Positions 28,366 through 32,000 of a DNA stretch of 32,000 bases are shown piece after piece. The stretch spans positions 210,001 through 242,000 of the forward strand of contig OY781871.1 in assembly GCA_963677105.1 (NCBI GenBank), in the 5' to 3' direction. Numbering within the stretch: position 1 is the stretch's first letter; each line of letters starts with the position of its first letter. The position numbers and the translations under genes were made by a program. The stretch is from Candidatus Saccharimonadota bacterium (GTDB taxonomy: Bacteria; Patescibacteriota; Gracilibacteria; UBA4473). The notes beneath the pieces are model-generated. The model saw nothing but the letters and a program-made list of their open reading frames with translations, was not told the DNA's origin and did not search any database.

Positions 28366-29430
28366 ATGTACTCCATCCATATTAAAAATCTCGTAGAAAT
28401 CTTTGCTTTCGCAGGGATGTCTTTTTTATTCGCATCGATTATTTTCCCGTTCTTTATTCGTTTTGTAACAAACTTTAAATTGACGCAAAAAATAAAACAA
28501 GATGGATTATCTGGTGGTGCTGCAAAATTGTTTCATGCACTTCATGCTCACAAATCTGGAACACCAACTATGGGTGGTGTCGTGATTATTTTTTCAATTT
28601 TAGCAACCGTTGGAGTTTCCCGACTGCTTTCTTATTTTGGGATACTCGATCACTCTATTTTAAATCGAGGAGAAACATATTTACCAATCATAACACTCAC
28701 CGCCGTAGGAATACTTGGACTTATCGATGATTATTTAAATATCAAAGAAAAAGGAAAACAAAAAGGATTGAGTGCACGAATAAAACTTTGGACATTACTT
28801 CTTTTTGCTATTGCAGGAGCGGCATGGTTCGCTTTTAAATTAGAATGGTCAATCATACATATTTCCGGAATTGGTGATTTTGATATTGGTCTTTGGTATG
28901 CACCATTATTTATATTTGTACTTGTGGGAACAAGTAATGCTGTAAATTTAACTGATGGTCTCGATGGACTTGCTGGAGGACTACTTGCAATTGCTTTCGG
29001 AGTATTCGCAGTAATCGCCTACTTTTTTGGACTGCCAATTCTCTGCGTTTTTTGTGCAATAATCGTTGGAGCACTTATTTCGTTTTTGTGGTTTAATATT
29101 CCTCCTGCAACAATTTACATGGGAGACACTGGCTCTCTCGCACTTGGTGCGACTCTGGGGGTTATCGCAATGCTTACAAATGCAATTATTCCGTTGATAA
29201 TTATTGGTGGCTTATTTATTTTTGAAACAATTTCTGTAGTGATCCAACTTTTCTGGAAAAAACATTTCAAACGAAAATTCTTTCGAATTGCACCTATTCA
29301 TCATCACTTTGAAGCAAAAGGATGGTCTGAAACACAAATCACAATGCGATTTTGGATTATCGGTGCCGGACTCGGTCTTATCGGACTACTCGTTGGACTA
29401 CTCGGTATGGGAAATTTTGGAATTTTTTAA
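28366..29430 (+). CDS. mraY: Phospho-N-acetylmuramoyl-pentapeptide transferase
   Basis: HKSGTPTMGG, NAVNLTDGLDGLAGG, MGDTGSLALGA and APIHHHFEAKGWSE are present. Confidence 0.93.
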   Translation: MYSIHIKNLVEIFAFAGMSFLFASIIFPFFIRFVTNFKLTQKIKQDGLSGGAAKLFHALHAHKSGTPTMGGVVIIFSILATVGVSRLLSYFGILDHSILNRGETYLPIITLTAVGILGLIDDYLNIKEKGKQKGLSARIKLWTLLLFAIAGAAWFAFKLEWSIIHISGIGDFDIGLWYAPLFIFVLVGTSNAVNLTDGLDGLAGGLLAIAFGVFAVIAYFFGLPILCVFCAIIVGALISFLWFNIPPATIYMGDTGSLALGATLGVIAMLTNAIIPLIIIGGLFIFETISVVIQLFWKKHFKRKFFRIAPIHHHFEAKGWSETQITMRFWIIGAGLGLIGLLVGLLGMGNFGIF

Positions 29431-29441
29431 AACATATACTC

Positions 29442-29783
29442 ATGACTTTTCTTGAAACCGATATCTTTGCAAAAATTATTACCGGTGAAATTCCCTGTGA
29501 TAAGGTTTTTGAAAATGAACGAATTCTTGCCTTTCGTGATATAAAACCACAAGCAAAACATCATATCCTCATTATTCCAAAAGAAAATTATGTTACTGCA
29601 TTTGAAGTAACAGATGAAAATAAAAATCTATTTGGAGAATTATTTCTTGTTGCAAAAAAAATCGCAACTGAACTAAATCTTCCCGGATATAAACTCGCTA
29701 TGAATGTTGGAGAAGAAGGCGGTCAAATCGTTCCTCACGTACATCTACACCTCTTGAGTGCTGACTATAAAAGCTCTCTCTAA
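29442..29783 (+). CDS. HIT family (histidine triad) nucleotide hydrolase
   Basis: IFAKIITGEIPCDKVFENERILAFRDIKPQAKHHILIIPK is followed by the triad HVHLHLL. The start MTFLE at 29442 is preferred; the track's 29352 start overlaps mraY. Confidence 0.88.
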   Translation: MTFLETDIFAKIITGEIPCDKVFENERILAFRDIKPQAKHHILIIPKENYVTAFEVTDENKNLFGELFLVAKKIATELNLPGYKLAMNVGEEGGQIVPHVHLHLLSADYKSSL

Positions 29784-29845
29784 GTACTCTTTCTTGTATA
29801 AACGTTTTAAGAAAATAAATAATACGTTTTTAGTACTTATAGGTA

Positions 29846-29874
29846 TTGCGAAATTTTATATTTTGTGTTAAAAT
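29846..29874 (+). promoter_or_regulatory. Sigma70-like promoter candidate with extended -10
   Basis: TTGCGA (29846-29851), a 17-nt spacer ending in TGT, then TAAAAT (29869-29874), ending 28 nt before ATG 29903. Confidence 0.45.
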
Positions 29875-29902
29875 GTCCTTTGATATAAAAAAATAAACAA
29901 AT

Positions 29903-32000
29903 ATGATGCTTCGTCGGCTAAAAAACCTGCATTTCTCTCCAGAAATAACGAAACGTATTCGATTTTCTTGGAGTCTTCACTTTCTCTTCCAATTTGGATG
30001 GGTAATTTCGTGGGTTGTAGTAACGGCACTTTTTGTTGAAGAATTTGGCTTAAAAAACCTTTTATACTTATTTTCTATCGAAGCAGTATTACTTATCATA
30101 AGTACAATATTTTCACATAAATTTTTGCGCGGAATATCGACAAATAAAATTATAAATTGTTCTGTAGGAGCTATTATCGCACTATTAATTGGATCTTTTT
30201 GGATTAGTAAATCTGAAAATATTTATCTTTTGTTTGGATTTGCTCTGATTGCAAAAGATGTGTTTTATCCGCGATTACGCATGGGATTACTGAAAAACAC
30301 AGAAGAACTTTTTACTCCAAAACAAGCAGAACGCGCCATTCCTATTACAGAATCTGCTCTTACTATTGGAACCGTAGCCGGAGCTGGATTTTTATTAACA
30401 ATGATTCGATTTTGGCCAGAAGCAACAACACAAAATCTCTTTGCATGGTGGATTTTTCCACTTCTTTTAATTGTGACACTTTTAACACTTGAGCCTCGTC
30501 TTTTATCTGAATTACCTGAACTTCATGAAAATCCTGAAGAAAAATATTATGAATCAAAAGACAGCACTTTTAAAAATGCTATTGACCTTTTTAAGAAAAT
30601 ACCATTTTTACGAACACTCGCCATTCTTATTACTCTTCAATCCGCAGTATTTGCTATTGTTGAATTTGAAACGGTTTCTCATTTAGAACAGGAACTCCGT
30701 CATACGGTAACGACTACTGAAATTTCGTTTTCACCATCCCATCTTTCTGCATCTCTTTTTCAAGATGTCAGCAAGGTTTCTAAAAAAATAATTCAAGTAA
30801 CAAATAAAGAAATTCATGAAATTTCAAGTAAAGTTATTGCACACAATACGCTACTTCACGATTTATCAGCATTGAATCTCCTTTTTGGATTCATTGCATT
30901 ATTTGTACATTTTATCATTTCTCCTTTGCTTCTTCGAAAACAAGGAATTATTCGCACTATGTTTAGTTATTTTGTAGGACTTTTCTTTATTCTCCCTGCA
31001 TTACTTATTGGTGGAAGTTGGTCAATTGCGGCTGTTCGTTCTTATGAACACGGATTTCATTCGCTTTTTTCTTCTGGATATCATCTCAGCTTTTACTCTA
31101 CTTTTTCAAAACAACGAGAATTCTTACGTCATTTTCTTGAAGGAATTATCGCTCCTTTAGGAGTACTTTTGGGAGTAGGTATTATTCTTTGTATAAATAT
31201 GTCTCATGGAACATTAATCCTTCCTCTCGTACTAACTATTCTTGTTGGAACACTTCTATTGATTACTCGACATATGGCTCCACAATATACAGAACTTGCT
31301 ATTAAAAATCTAAAACATTCAACTTCTCTTCGTGAAAAAATGCACGCCATAGAGATTCTTGGACAACGCGGACATAATTTACAGAACACAACTTCCGCTC
31401 TTTGTAACGTATTAAAAGACTCAGAAACACATCATATTCTTCGTGAAAAAATTATTCTCACATTACAAAAATCTCAATCAAAACATGTAATTCCTGAGTT
31501 TTCAAAAATTCTAGAACGAAAAAACGAAAACGATTCTATCAAGATAAATATTCTTGAAGCAATGCTTGAGTTTGAATCTCTGAAAAAATTTTGGGAATCA
31601 AATATGTTTTCTCAACATAAATTTCTCCAAGTACTCAATGCATTATTTGAACGAACTGAACATGAACATTTAAAGAAATTGATTGTTATGAATATATTTT
31701 CACATCTTCCTGCAGATAAAGTTGTACCGTTTTTCTTGAAAACAATGGAAACTGCTGATGATCATATCAAATCAATCTGTCTTCGTTCATGTGGAATGTT
31801 CAATGATCCAGATATTGTTTCATATGTAGAACCATATCTTCAAGACAAAAATGCTCGTATTCGAAGTCATGCACTTATTACTTTATGGAAATTTCAAGAG
31901 AAAAATTCTCTCCGAAAACATTTACATCAATTATTAGAACAAGACGATCATGAATCGATTATTGCTGGTATTTATACAATAGGAGAAGTCGGCGACCAGG
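29903..32000 (+). CDS. Polytopic membrane domain fused to a C-terminal HEAT-like repeat domain (3' partial; runs off the window)
   Basis: Hand translation from ATGATG at 29903 gives 699 codons with no stop to the window end. It is absent from the ORF track, presumably because it has no stop. The N-terminal ~430 aa contain many hydrophobic helices. The C-terminal part has repeated helical units (..HAIEILGQRGH.., ..IPEFSKILERKNENDSIKINILEAMLEF.., ..VVPFFLKTMETADDHIKSICLRSCGMF.., ..YLQDKNARIRSHALITLWKF..). Confidence 0.75.
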   Translation, partial: MMLRRLKNLHFSPEITKRIRFSWSLHFLFQFGWVISWVVVTALFVEEFGLKNLLYLFSIEAVLLIISTIFSHKFLRGISTNKIINCSVGAIIALLIGSFWISKSENIYLLFGFALIAKDVFYPRLRMGLLKNTEELFTPKQAERAIPITESALTIGTVAGAGFLLTMIRFWPEATTQNLFAWWIFPLLLIVTLLTLEPRLLSELPELHENPEEKYYESKDSTFKNAIDLFKKIPFLRTLAILITLQSAVFAIVEFETVSHLEQELRHTVTTTEISFSPSHLSASLFQDVSKVSKKIIQVTNKEIHEISSKVIAHNTLLHDLSALNLLFGFIALFVHFIISPLLLRKQGIIRTMFSYFVGLFFILPALLIGGSWSIAAVRSYEHGFHSLFSSGYHLSFYSTFSKQREFLRHFLEGIIAPLGVLLGVGIILCINMSHGTLILPLVLTILVGTLLLITRHMAPQYTELAIKNLKHSTSLREKMHAIEILGQRGHNLQNTTSALCNVLKDSETHHILREKIILTLQKSQSKHVIPEFSKILERKNENDSIKINILEAMLEFESLKKFWESNMFSQHKFLQVLNALFERTEHEHLKKLIVMNIFSHLPADKVVPFFLKTMETADDHIKSICLRSCGMFNDPDIVSYVEPYLQDKNARIRSHALITLWKFQEKNSLRKHLHQLLEQDDHESIIAGIYTIGEVGDQ

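Noticed and set aside
28064-28396. 110-aa + strand ORF bridging the O-antigen-ligase-like gene and mraY
   Set aside because: It is out of frame with both real genes and spans the repeat-containing intergenic region. Its product is low-complexity.

Overview
AT-rich, gene-dense bacterial window that uses the standard code. TGA ends several well-conserved genes at their expected lengths. Many genes are coupled by ATGA or TAATG start/stop overlaps. Gene content and style suggest a reduced-genome, Patescibacteria/CPR-like organism; this is inference and was not computed. About 36 protein genes are supportable, mostly housekeeping: lgt, rsmA, rsmF, proC, secG, ruvX, an ECF-type sigma factor, prfA, nusA, tsaE, holA, a prepilin peptidase, infB, obg, mraY and a HIT protein. 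There are also envelope genes (SLH protein, WbaP-like phosphotransferase, O-antigen-ligase-like protein), one tRNA-Phe(GAA) with encoded CCA, and several hairpin terminators. I saw no CRISPR array, transposase, integrase or obvious defence genes, and no convincing multi-gene novel system. The points most worth a second look are: (1) a 516-bp non-coding gap (2306-2821) with tandem SD-led mini-ORFs for MKK + hydrophobic peptides, two out of frame at poly-A tracts, around a perfect (GTTA)10 microsatellite; (2) a dispersed intergenic element (GC-richer head plus degenerate CAAATTA heptads) present about 5 times, mostly abutting stop codons; (3) a lipoprotein with eukaryote-like Kazal-like and Kunitz/BPTI-like Cys patterns; (4) a riboflavin-kinase::5-formyl-THF cyclo-ligase fusion; (5) a >699-codon ORF (29903 to window end), missing from the ORF track, that joins a polytopic membrane domain to HEAT-like repeats.
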